DNA from: Takakia lepidozioides | Taxonomy: Eukaryota > Plantae > Bryophyta | NCBI GenBank assembly: GCA_030704615.1 | Contig: CM060731.1 | Coordinates: 52,576,001-52,640,000 of the forward strand | Reading direction: 5' to 3' | Length of the DNA: 64,000 bases | Shown here: positions 46,601-59,200 of the stretch, piece by piece | Layout of the letters: every line of letters starts with the position of its first letter | How positions within the stretch are numbered: the stretch's first letter is position 1 | Program-made: the position numbers and the translations under genes | The notes under the pieces: model-generated | Database searches by the model: none | Seen by the model: only the letters and a program-made list of their open reading frames with translations | Told to the model about the DNA's origin: nothing

Positions 46601-49088
46601 ACTGTGAAAGACAAGCTAGTATTAACAGTCCAATCACAACGCCTAATTTTATGACAAACACCAAGTTTGAATCGCAGTCTTTACACAACCTTCATGCTAA
46701 AGGACAAACTAGTGGCCATCCACAGATCCATACCTATGGCTAACTTTGTGTCGGAAACAAATTTGGGGTGCTTTAACAAGTTTTCAAAAAGGTTTTGCTT
46801 CACATATTCTGCTGCCCGTGAGCCACCGTGTCCTGCACAAATGCAGTGGCATAACATGTTTAGACCCTAAATGGTTGCTGCTGATAAGAAGGCAGTTCTC
46901 ACATATTGCTGAAAATCAAGCATAAGAGCCATGTCAAGCCTTGGGCCATAACTAGCAAAGACCCCATGGCAGAGCAGCCAGGGGCTCACCATTGGCAGAA
47001 ACCAACCACTAGCCACGAGATCACTTTCTCCATGAAAGAGCGATGTCATGGTTCACGTGGTTGCGATATAGGGAAAGCCTACTGGATGAGAGACCAACCA
47101 TCAAAAACTCCAAATAGGCCGACCATCTGACCATCAACTTTTGAGATTTTGGTCTCATGGAAATCCTCCATAGAGGCCCGCTTTCCACGCAAACTTGAAA
47201 ACCCGTAGCTGAATCTTCCATCTTCACTGTAACAACAAACAGATGAACTTCCAGAATGAATGAAAACTGGACCAACTTGGTAAAACATGAGACAAATACA
47301 AAAAGAGAATAACATAACAAAATGACAGAAAACAAAACACCACAAAATAGCGACAGCTGTTGTCTAAGAAAATGAGCTTGTAAGGGCACAGAAGACGAGA
47401 AAGGACTAATCAACCAATAGAGACCAACCTTCTCTACCAGAAACTGAGCAAGATTCAGTCACTCTCATCTTTTCAAGTAAAAAGCCTTCAACATTAAGAG
47501 CTTTAAAGTCATTTCTTCTCCGGAAAAGTCAATCGCGAATCCCAGCACCTTTTCTGGGAACGTCCACCAACAATGTTGCAATGCACTTCTACTGGATACA
47601 ATTCTCTCCCAAAACATACCTTACTTCAAATAATGGGTTCGTTTTTACGAGTTCAGATTAGTCTGATGGGGATGGATTCTGAAAGTCGGACTTCTAAGAC
47701 CTTGCAAATCATCTACATCATATCTGTCAGCACAGATGCAACCAAGAAAGAGCATCCAATGGTCAGTATAAAGTAGGGTGTGGATCATGGTTAGCATACA
47801 ACACAACCCAGATGTTTACCTTTCTTGCTGTAACCTCACCTACGCAACTGTAGATGACCCATGTCGAAAGCTATTACTTTCTCTAGACTTCCACTCTGAA
47901 TGTTGTTGAATTCAATAGTGAGCTACTCTAGCTACAACATTATCCCGGTAGACCCCTTGTTCATGCTTTAGGCATGAAGCTGGTGGGGAGTTTGATATCT
48001 AATGCTGCATTCATGCCATTAATACAACTCAGAATGAATAGGGTGTTCAGATACGATTTTACTAAACGAAATAGCTCACAACACATCATCAAGTGCTACA
48101 CTATACACCACTACACCACCAAAGAATGGGCCTGCAAGGTATAACAGACACATGATAGCAAGCCAGAGTCCCAATCACTAACTACATCTATTCATTAGAA
48201 ACCCTCTTTCTTGAAAGAGATTTTCCAAATGGCAAGAGACTGCAACACTTACAAAAAGAATAGGCTCATCCTTGGTGCAGCAGGAAAACCTTCAGCTAGA
48301 CTGGGGATAAGACTAACAGACTAGGCAAGAGAAGCTGAAATCCTTAGCTGCTTCAAGGGGCTCTGAAAGAATCAAATGCACTCAACTTAAAGACATGGTC
48401 GCAGTGCACTAAGGTATTAGGAGATGAATCCGCATCGAGAAACATTCGTTTCTGCCTTCTTCCCACCAATGTAAGAGTGGAAAGATAAAGAGTGCATTTG
48501 GAGAGCTAAAAAATCAAGTTCAGAAAACTGGAGAAGATGAGTAGAGAATAGGGGGAACTGACAAAGGATCAAAGCAGGGAACTATTCTACTGACACAGGT
48601 GGAGCTCCGTGCGGCCCCCGCACCCGTCCTATTACCAAGCGAAAAACGTTTCAGAAGAATACGCGATGAAGTATGACAGTCAGTCACGGGCACCCGCACG
48701 GAGTTACGTTCCTCAAGTAATCTACCGATAACCACTAAGAGATGAGTAACGTGCATGATATGGCCATAAGACCAACCTCGACCAGATTACAGGCAAACAG
48801 AGCTTGTCGACATCAAACAGCAAGGATCCACACCATGCTATCCTCAGATCGCAATATAGGCCATGAAAGAAAGTAAGAAAGAATATGATTACAACACATA
48901 GCCTTAGGACCACGTTAAATGGAAGGGAAGAACATTCCACATTACGACCACATCTTCAATCATAAAAAAAAACAAGTACGACACAAGAGCAAGGTCCTGG
49001 GATATGCACACCTCAAGCCGCTGCCGCTCACAGGCACACTGCCACCAGTGGTGCCTTTGGGAGAGAATACGGTATTGACACAATTCAT
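43697..49088 (-). CDS. Protein phosphatase 2C (clade F, PP2C59/WIN2-like). Exons ~49088-49012, 47226-47099, 46832-46734, 46530-46372, 45888-45801, 45341-45250, 44529-44455, 43825-43697
   Basis: Motifs [60 protein letters not shown] and [11 protein letters not shown]. Introns are GT-AG. Confidence 0.92.
44862..45310. repeat. ~229-bp tandem duplication including the 3' part of PP2C exon 6 and its donor
   Basis: 44862-45081 is near-identical to 45091-45310. Confidence 0.9.
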
Positions 49089-51763
49089 TGTCCTACCGAG
49101 CAATCTGGCCCTATTCCAAAGTTCTCACTATCATACTCCCGCTTCTCCCTCCGTCAATTCCCCGTCCCGATCCGCTCATGCTCCAAAACACGCCCCCTTG
49201 TCGCTCCTCGATCGCACCGCGCGCTCCCTCTCCCGACCTGCCCGACAGCAAACAAGAGCGACAACGTTGCGAGAGCTTTAGGGCTTGGCATGAGGGCAGC
49301 CTATGGCCCCGCCGGCCATCCATCCATCCGCCCAACATTCATCCCTCCACGCACACAGTTTGGACGAAACCCCCGATTTCGACGAATGCTGTGGGGCAGC
49401 CCGCAGCTATTTCCGAGGTTGCTTTGTCTTTATTAGGGTTTGGTCCGAGAATAAGGAGAGCTATGGTGGCAGAGAGCCCGCACATGGCCCTCAGAGCTCC
49501 ATGCAGAGATGCTCTGCATATCTGCAAAGCAGAACAGAGCTTTGCACAAGATCAGAGGATCCCTGCAACGCAAAGCCTGCGCTGCTTGTGCTGTGCTGGA
49601 GTTGTTTCGTGTCTCGTGTACTTACTGGCAAGGGAAGGAAAGGGAAAGTCTGCTTTCCTTTGGGGTAAGTTACTTAGCTGCAGTGGTTGGGGTGCTTGTG
49701 TGCTGCTATGTACGTTAGCGTAACGTCAATGCAACGTAAGGCTCTTACGGAGGTACAAGTGGGCAGTCAACGCAGCACCGTGGAGTCTTATGTCTGCTAC
49801 CTACCGATCTCTTTTTGGTTTCTTTTCGTGTCAGTGGGTTGGACTGTACTAGGCAGAGGAGGGAGGATTCTTCCGAGTAAGTAACTTGCAGACAGCTTGG
49901 GTGAAGTCTGAGTTTGTATCCTTGTATAAGTACCTAGCTGCCATCATCCACGCAGGAGGTTGGATTGGTCACTGAATGAGCACACGGGTGTAAGAAGGAA
50001 GTAGGGGAGGGATTGTTGTAATCCTTGCGCGCAATGCGGATGGAACAGGACGAGGGAGAGAAGATGCGCAAAGAAGAGGTGAGGGCTACAGTATTGCCAT
50101 TCCTGAAAGCTTTCTCGAGTACTGGCCTTCTGCACATCCTCGGCTTTTCACCATCGGACTAATAAGCCGTGCTGGGCTCCATGTCCGGCGTGAAACAAGG
50201 ACTCATTCAAGAAGAACCATCTCCTGATGTACGGAATGGGATAAAAAAGCATCTGACAGCAGTCCGGAATGGCCTGATCACAATTCCTGCGCTCGGGCTC
50301 TTCTTCTTCAAACATGACCTCGATGTTAGGCGCCGCAAAACTAGTTCACATCCGGTTCAAGCTTATGGCAGTTACCACTCTCGTTTTTCTTCGTGAAAGC
50401 TCGGCCTGCTTCTCTACCTGGTGATCTCGAACTACTGTGGGCCCTTGTATTCGCTTCGCATTCTGGCTTATGAAGACGTGGTGTCGGGGACTCATAGAAG
50501 AAGTTAGTAAACCCACAGGAAGCAGGTTAGGTGACCGCAATGAGAATTCAACTCGGTATTTGCCACAGGAAGACGCGGACCCAAGTAGAAATCACAATGT
50601 GCAATCTCGAATTCTGGCAGGAAATGAACGAGCATCCCGAAGTGATTAGGATTGAAAACTGAATACCACAATTGGCAGGATATGCTTGTGCATTTAGTTC
50701 CATCACCCCACCGCTACCAATTCAAGTTTCTAAAGGTTTACCACTGCATGATGCTCGCAGTTGCAGATCCAGGTGGAGTGCTCCTGGACTCCACTTGGGC
50801 ATCCTGCTTCCATAAACCATGGACTCATGCAGACGAGTGTTCGGAAGCAAGTAATAATACCCTCCCGGGGTGGGTCCATAAAGTACAAATATAGAGCTCT
50901 CCAACTTCAGCTTCTTGTTCAGCTGTTTGAGCCTCCCCTACCCGATCTCAGATTCTTGTTCCTGTGCATTTCACTTTGCTCATCTAGTCTTGCTCAGTGG
51001 AGTTGGTGTCGACCTGCTTCCTGCTGATCACCAAAGATTCCTTTCTCCCTCCTCCCACCTTTCCCTGCCTCCTCTAAAAACTACTTCCGAACCTTGACAC
51101 ACACCTCTCTCAATTCCATTCCCCCCCATGTGTACAGATATGTCTTCATGCCCACGAACAAAACTCTTCTGAAACGCACGGTGGAGTGCAAACGAGTGCA
51201 AACGAGTCGTGATCGTGCACGGTCTTTCAGGCTTTGCTTTGAGGTCTTGTTCGATATCGCAAAATTCCTGTGTTCTTTCTGAATCAAGATCTGCAAACGT
51301 TTTCAGTTGGGGATCTTTCAAAAATCAGAAATGACATCTGCTTACATAAACCACTGCTTGTAAGTGAAGAGATTGCAGATGAAACAATCGCTGACAAGTG
51401 GGAAAAAACATAGAGAAATGGTCAAAGAAAGCCTAAAGTGATCGCCAAGTGTGGTGGGTCCAATTCCTCATCTTTCAGTTCTCTTCTTCACTTCCTTCCT
51501 GCATGTGGGTTCTGGCGGCGTGAGAGTGGGAGACGATGGAGGGAGATGGTGGCGTTGTGGGTGCTCGTGGGCCCCGCAGAGACGATTGAGAAGAGGAAAC
51601 GAGAGGCTGTCTTGAATCCACGCAATTGCTGTGGTGGCCTGCATGCCTATTAAAGTCCTTCATTGCTGCTCCCTCGCAGTCCCCAGAGCCAGAATTGCCC
51701 AGAATGTGGATAGAGGCATAAGTTCTGTCATAACAGAAGTAGATTCATAGGCCTCTTTTGTAG

Positions 51764-52402
51764 ATGACTAAGGCACAGACAGTTCTGATGGAGTTGCAGA
51801 GCAAGGCAATGGCAGGGCCTGGTTCCCCTCTCCGATCCGCTGTAAGCAGCGCTTTCAAAGGCGACGGCTTCCTTCCCGTCAGTACTCCGTCTTCAGGCAC
51901 CAGCGAGAGCCACTCATCGAAGGAGGGATTGCATATCCGGGCCATGGCACCCAAGAAGAAAGTCAATGCCTACGATGACAAATGGAGCAAACAATGGTTC
52001 GGAGCTGGAATTTTTGTAGAGAACACAGAGACGGAGAATGTTAACATTGTGAAGAAACTGGAGAAGAAGAAGCTGTTGAGCCAATTGGAGAAGGCAGGCC
52101 TGCTGTCCAAGGCAGAAAGAGCAGGCTTGTCTCTCTCAGCAATTGAAAAGTTAGGATTGTTGTCCAAGGCTGAAAACCTAGGGCTGTTGAGCCTGGCCGA
52201 GAAATTTGCAACAGCTTCTCCTCCAGTTCTTGCATCTCTTTCCCTCCCTCTTTTTGTAGCATCCATAGCCACGGTGGTCCTAGTACCTGACGACTCATCA
52301 GTGCTGGTGTTGGCACAGAATATAGTTGCTGCCTTGCTGCTAGCTGCAGCTGGAGGCCTTTTCATAGGATCAATTCTTCTCAGTGGATTACAAGAAGATT
52401 AA
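51764..52402 (+). CDS. RIQ2: DUF1118 thylakoid protein (RIQ2/At1g74730-like), intronless; true start may be ATG 51788 or 51809
   Basis: Transit peptide followed by MAPKKKVNAYDDKWSKQWFGAGIF, repeated LLSKAE.LG motifs and two C-terminal hydrophobic helices. Confidence 0.85.
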   Translation: MTKAQTVLMELQSKAMAGPGSPLRSAVSSAFKGDGFLPVSTPSSGTSESHSSKEGLHIRAMAPKKKVNAYDDKWSKQWFGAGIFVENTETENVNIVKKLEKKKLLSQLEKAGLLSKAERAGLSLSAIEKLGLLSKAENLGLLSLAEKFATASPPVLASLSLPLFVASIATVVLVPDDSSVLVLAQNIVAALLLAAAGGLFIGSILLSGLQED

Positions 52403-53254
52403 AAGTTCTGGTGTTTGTGTTTCCGCTCTGCAAATTCTCACTTGATTTCCAGTCCCTTTGTTGTTCCGCTGATGCCTTTCACGAGGTTGGATTGGCTCCC
52501 TGGGAAAGGCAGGGGAGGTCCGTTATCTTTGAATCTGCAACAATCTTCCTTTGATCAGTGTCACCGACTGAACATCATTGATAGCTGATGGTGTGACCAG
52601 AAGTCCAGACTCTATCTCGATCCTGTTGTAATTCCACCCCTTCCTTTTGGATTGATGGTGTTGTTGTATATTGCCATAGCAGAATTGAGAAGGCCATCTG
52701 GGTACAACAGAAACTGTGTAGCTCCAAATATTTTTGTTTGATCCATCTGGAGTCTCCCCTTCAATTAGAGGGTGACAGATCCTTTTGGAGTTCAGCTCCT
52801 GGTGAGACTAGTTCACATGTTGCCTAGTTTACATATTCCTAGCTAAATAAATCGATCTTGACAACCACTGCTCCGAACCACCCTGATAAATGCAGAATTG
52901 AACCCTAATGGTAAGATTCTCAGAATGGATAGTGGATTGCTACTGGCCTCAACTGCACTTCACGGTTTTACAAAGCCCCCGGTCCAAATCTCATTCCCCT
53001 GAGCTTCCATCATGTGCTTTATGTCCAGCATATCAGGTACAGTCAATTTTGCACAATGGAAGTGAGGTGCACATTGAGCAATGTTACTATGAAGATGACC
53101 AAGAAGGAATGATACCATGTCTAGATAGGCAGGAATAATGAGGCTCTGATATACAGAGTCGGCTGTCACTGAAGAGATTGTACTCAAGTCCTGCATCTGA
53201 AATACTTAAGTATCTTGTAGAGAGGAAAAGTAAGAAAATGGAACAGTCGGCAAA

Positions 53255-56200
53255 TCAACTAGTTGTTGATGAGAGCAAAATCCTATATATTCTGCTACCC
53301 CTTTCGACAGCATGGCTCTCCCAGTCTGTCGGTACACCTAGAGGATTGCAACTTAACCAGCCATCCTCATCACAGTTTCGGGCATCCAAGTGCTCATTGC
53401 TAAGGGAAATGTGGTCGCCACCATAATGGTCAAATTCATTTCTCATGTTGGTTGCAACAATCTTCACATCTGACTGCAAAAACACCTGTCCCATCACATA
53501 CAACCGATCTCAGCAGCCGCCCCCTCTTAATGCACATGAGGCTCCATGAATGGGTATGGCAAAGTCTGTTACTCAAACTGGCTCTGGCCCTCACCTAAGC
53601 CTGTAAGTCTGAATGATTAGACTTGCACACCAATGTCCTTCACTAATAATGTCATTCTTATGTGAAGAAAGCGAGTTTGTTTACGAGTGCAACGCCAAAT
53701 TTGCTTGCGATAGTATTGTGCAACCAGTACAGCTCATCAATCTGGTTCTGTACTCAACAGACTGAATAACCTCTCGCAGGGGAAGGGGACAAGGATCCTG
53801 GCACAGGACAAGCAAAGGACAGGAAGGGAACACCCACCTTGCCATTTGGGTCAAGAACATTGATGATGTCCTCAACCAGCCCTCTTTGCACCATTCTCCA
53901 TCGGTTAGTGGGATTGTTGAACTCTGGGTCTGGGCACTATTCCAACCACAGCTATGTAGTCAGTGGAAAGTCTATTTAACAGTGAAGGAAAGTTAAGTTG
54001 TCTTGAAGGTGCCTGACAAGCAAACATACACCTAACAAGAGTGAAATGCAAGTCTACTTAGATGGACTCATTGGACTTCACATCCCGTAGCATTGATGCC
54101 ATACACTTGCCTGGTGATAGATGGCAGGAAGTGTCAGAAAGCCCCCTTCCAATAAAAGAAGGCTTGTTCCAAGCATTATAACCATGCTCATGACCAGAGA
54201 GTAGCCTTCTCGAACAATTTCACATCTCACCTGAATTGCCACTAACTCGCAACGACCAGGATAAGTAGCAACAATGGTGTGAAATGCAGAGGTTGCGTTT
54301 GCTTTCACAAAATGACTGCACAGCCACACACATACCCAACAGGAACCCTCATACATAATTGATGTAATGCTTCAGTAGAGAAAACACTCTTCCATTCATG
54401 CAAGTCAATGCATACTTTTTGCATATTCCACCGAAGGGTTGGTGGACATTTACAAAACCTGATGCCTGTGATGTAATTTCCACACCACCCAAGAGTCAAT
54501 TCCTTCCGCACACATTGTGAATTGGATATACAAAATATATTCATCACAATCGAAAAAATCTTTGGGCGGGTTTCTATGATTATGGAAGAGGTACATCAGT
54601 TAACCTGAGACTAAATTGGAAAGCAAGGAGGCAGTCAACTTACACATTAGACAATTGAAGGCTGGAAACTTCCATTGAGCATTGCTTCACAAGCTGGCAT
54701 TGGAAGCACCCACCACCACAACTAATACCTATCAGTACTTGTTCGAACTTGCCATTCAGTTGGTGCTGAAATGCAATCAAGCAAAGGCGAACAAACTAAT
54801 TATGAAGTCTCTGTCTGTGTCTCTCTCCTCCCAAACTGGGTGCGGGGTCTATGGCCACAGGGCTACAGCAAACAACGTCTCATGAGTACATTCTCTCTCT
54901 CTGCACAAATTGCCAGCATGCCATGTGACCAACATACATTAGGAACCAGCTTCTGTCATGAGATAGGAATATGTCTTTGTATGTCTGTCTTAATTGAGAT
55001 ACCAAAAGCAATCAATGCTCAACAAGAGCTCAAGGTACCATCCTTCATTTGATACTGTCATGACCAGAAGAACTCTGGAGTCTCTGATCTTGCCTCGTTT
55101 TTGTGCCAGCACTTGTCATCTACAACGAAGGTGTGCACCCTGTTGCCAACCTCAATGCAGCAGATTGAGAAGAGAAATGTGCAGAGACGCAATTGATGTG
55201 TTTGAGAGGGGCAGCAGCAAAACCTTGGAGTTGATTTCCAGACCGAGGAAATTTCGAGAATCAGGAAATTTTCTTGCCATCCCCAACATGCAGACACCAC
55301 TTCCTGCCACATCAGAGCATAAGGCCACAATCAGTTGACTGTTACATTTTAAGAGCATGGGCAAGTTGGTCAAGACATCCAGGTGAAGACTTACCGCTGC
55401 CAATGTCGATTGTAAGTGGGAGAGAGGGGTCCTTGAAAACTGATACCCAGTCCGGAGGTGTTGGAGACATCTGATATACAGCACGCAAAAATAAGGTAAT
55501 AACTTTTTCCTCTGCATACAGGGCAGAGGCACTGAAACAGTAAAAAATACTTTACTTATTTATTTATTTATCTCATGATTAAACAGGCCCCTGTGAGGAT
55601 AACAACTCAGCAATGAGGCAAAATAGAGTGTGCACACAAAAAACACAGACAGACACACACAGAGAGATGTGCCCATCCACATACAAGATCCAAAGCAGCA
55701 ACTCCTGGTAGTGAGTTGCCCTTCAAAGCTTCCCAAAGGGCAGAACTGCCCTGAAACAAATGGCTCATATGACCAGACATCCCTGTTGCTGTTGCAGCGT
55801 CCATTGCATCTATGCCTCCCACCATGGTGATACAACCCTTCTTACTTATGTAGCCCAGTAACCTCGCCACAGCCCTTGCACCACTTTGAGTAGCTGCTGA
55901 CTCACCCATTCCCACAGGCCCAATCCAGAGAACCATCTGCACAATGAAGATATGTAAGAGAGGTCAGAGAAGAATTGCATAGCCTGGTCAGCAGAGAGAG
56001 GATAGGACTAGTCAGTAATGAGGAATCTCCAACAGTTGAAGTCCCTGTCGCTGAAGGGGCAGTTTAGCCATGGCAGAATGCACGAATATCTTGCCTGCTT
56101 TCCTCTTATTGATTGCAACTTGAATAGCAGTGTCCAAAGGGCAAGGGTAAAGCCATTTATCAAGGATGGTAAGAGTTGAGAGAGGAAAGCATTCTAGGGT

Positions 56201-59200
56201 AGAAGCTCCGACATTGTTACACATTTCTCAGATTCCTTGTCGATGGAATAGAGACACTGATGAAAAAAATGTACTCGTAGTTGGCTCACTTAGAGTAATT
56301 GTCAAAGTGACAATAAGAAGGAACGTGGCAGGCATATTAGCGTGGATACTAAAGTTGACTTTGCCTTGTGGACTATTTAGAAGGTTGTGAAAAACTAACT
56401 TGGAATGAGGTTAGTTATTAAGGGGTCCCCTATTTGAGCCACCATATTTGTTCTATCAAATGGACCTGATTTTTCTGCTAATAATTATAAGATACAATAA
56501 TGCACCACCACTCATTTGATAATTACACAAGGCAAAGGGCATGACCTTCAATACTATGTAGTCACCTTTCAACAGGTCAGATAAAGAAAACCAATTCGTC
56601 CCTGGACTAGAACTTCTAAGTGCTTTCTTTACTCTTCTGATGCAGGTAAAAGACTGGTGCACCTTGCTGTTACTCAGACAGGTAGCCAGCTGAGTTACGG
56701 ATGCCACCCCAATGTCAACTGCTCTCCAGCCTGAATATCAAGAAACTATGGATAGTAAATGCAGGTGAGAGCATACGGGCAATCTCTTTCATCAAAATAG
56801 AGTGACAACATTTGCAACTTACAGCTCTAGATCAGTGTCTGCAGAGGAATGGAACAATGATACTGTGGGTCAGCACCATTACAGCCTATCATGACATCAC
56901 AGAATCCAAACGTGAAAGACATTGAAAAGTCACAGATGGTCTTAGCATTTGGCCACACTCTCTCTTTCGAAAGAGAGTGGACATCCTAGCTTTCAGTCAA
57001 CAGACATCTATGGGATACCATGACAGAATGTACTCAAGCTGTTCCCTGCGAACATTGGCTTGCCATAGCCTTACGGCCATTGACCCCGCAGGAAACTAAC
57101 CCTCCCGGAGGCTTTTGTGGGGTTCGTACCCACCAGGGTTTAATACTGCGACAAAGACATAACAAAAGAAACATAAAAATATGCTTACCATCAGGGATGG
57201 AAGAAACATTGAACGTCTGAGGTGGGTGCACCAATGAAGGCTCTCTCACACACCAGAAGTCTGAAGGAAGTAGCAGTTCGACTTGGTGGGCTTGCGCTAG
57301 CCTGACTAGGTCCATGGCCTCTTTTGTCTCCTCTTCTGAATTCTTAAAGGTCAAAGGCACAGTGACTCCCATAGTGTTTAGGAGCGTCAGAGCCATTGCC
57401 CCTGTGACATAAATCTTGTCACACTTGCTCATGAGTGATTGAAGCACAGCTATTTTTTCTGTCAGCCTTCCACCTCCAATCTGCAAAATGACGGAGAATA
57501 ACAAGATGATGAGAATTTGTTCCAGCATGTGTGGGAAGGGAGTCATCTTTCTTTTTAACAGCAAGACCAGGCAACCTGCCTGTTTGCACAACCCGTAAGT
57601 GCCCATCATTGATGCCCTATCCTCATGACAGGGAGATATGCCGTGCAAATCCTTATTTTATCCCCCTTCCCTCAACCTCAAAAATCCCTCCCTCTCTCTC
57701 TCTATGCTCCCAACAGTATACCAAGGTAAGTCCCACTACTGGAGTGAGCCCCCTTTTCCCTCTTATTCCGCCCAAACTGAGCACGGGGTCTATGGCCAGA
57801 AGCGTTTGGCAAACAGCATCTCATGAGCACCTTCTATGCTCCAAATAGTGGCATCACAGCTATGTTTACAGGGAAATTAAGGGGTAAATGTGTCTGTGGT
57901 TCTACATCCACCCTGTTGGCCTTCATCCTACTACATTTGGGCAATATTGCAGGGAGCGTTCCCGGAGTCCTTTCCGCTTTGCCTGGAAGGGGTGCAAAAC
58001 CCAGAACACCTATGTAAATGCAATTGAGAACCAATGCATTTATTTATGTTTCGTGTTCAGGCAGCATCTACATGTATACCCATCTGTGTACTCCCTTTCC
58101 TCTCTCTCCATCCTTAACCTCTGGTGGAGCCTCCTGAGAGTCCCAAGTATCTGTCTGCACAAGCCTGCCAATGCATGTGTGCATACATGACTTTGAAGGT
58201 GTGAGGAACATGCAAGAGCTAGGAAAGGGTGCCTGGGTCCTTGCACAGCCTTCGTGAGGAATGAAAGCTCCTTCTCAAGCTGTAGGCCTGCAAGCCTTGC
58301 GACTGTGAAACAAGCTGCCCCAACTGTTGAAGCCAAAACTCTGTGCGATAGTGAGAATGCATCGTTCACTAGACAGTCAACTTTTGCAGTGAGTTTCTTA
58401 GCAAACTCAGGGTCATTAGCAGACTCCTCCTTGCGTTGCCGCAAGCTCTCTAGAAGAAGAATGCCTCCATTGGGCAGCGCCTCAATCTGTTTCTCCACCT
58501 CCTCTCCAATCACTCCTTTTGCCAATTGAATGGGTTGTTGCAACAAATGTGCAAGGGTCTCTGCATCAAGCACCTCATGATTTATAAGGGCATTCTGATC
58601 ATGGGATGAACTTCTGTGTATGTGTGTGTGTGAGAGACAGAGAGAGCAAGAGAATGTACTCATAAGACGTTGTTTGCCATAGCCTAGAGAGAGCAACAGA
58701 GAGAGGGCCAAAGGATCTAGTGATTAGACGTTCTTGCTGCAGGCTGGTTGCCATATACATTGCCTGTTGGGACACAGCAGAAGAGGGTGGCGAGGGGGAG
58801 GAATGGAGCTCACTGCCATCATGGCCCGTAGTCAGACTTACATGTAAAAGTGAGATTGATGTCAGCCTTCCAGAATTTTCTCAAGAACAATCTAATCTAC
58901 TGTATTGGATACATCTACCTGATTTTCTTCCTTAAGTCTCGAGCACTACTCTAGAAAACAGACAAGGAGGGACAGGGATATAATGGACTCATAAGACGTT
59001 TGCCGAAGCCTTCTGGACATAGTCCCCAAGCCCAGCTTGGGCAGAGAGATTGTACTCATAAGACGTTGTTTGCCGTAGCCTTGTGGCCATTGACCCCGCG
59101 CCCAGTTTGAGCGGGAACAAAAGGGACAGAACCTACCTCTGTCAGGGGCTGACGTTGGTAGTAAGACTTACCTCCATATAAAGAATTAATCCGGGTTTTC

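Noticed and set aside
49900-51400. Coding-like stretch between PP2C and DUF1118
   Set aside because: No recognisable domain or consistent exon chain; it would need a homology search.
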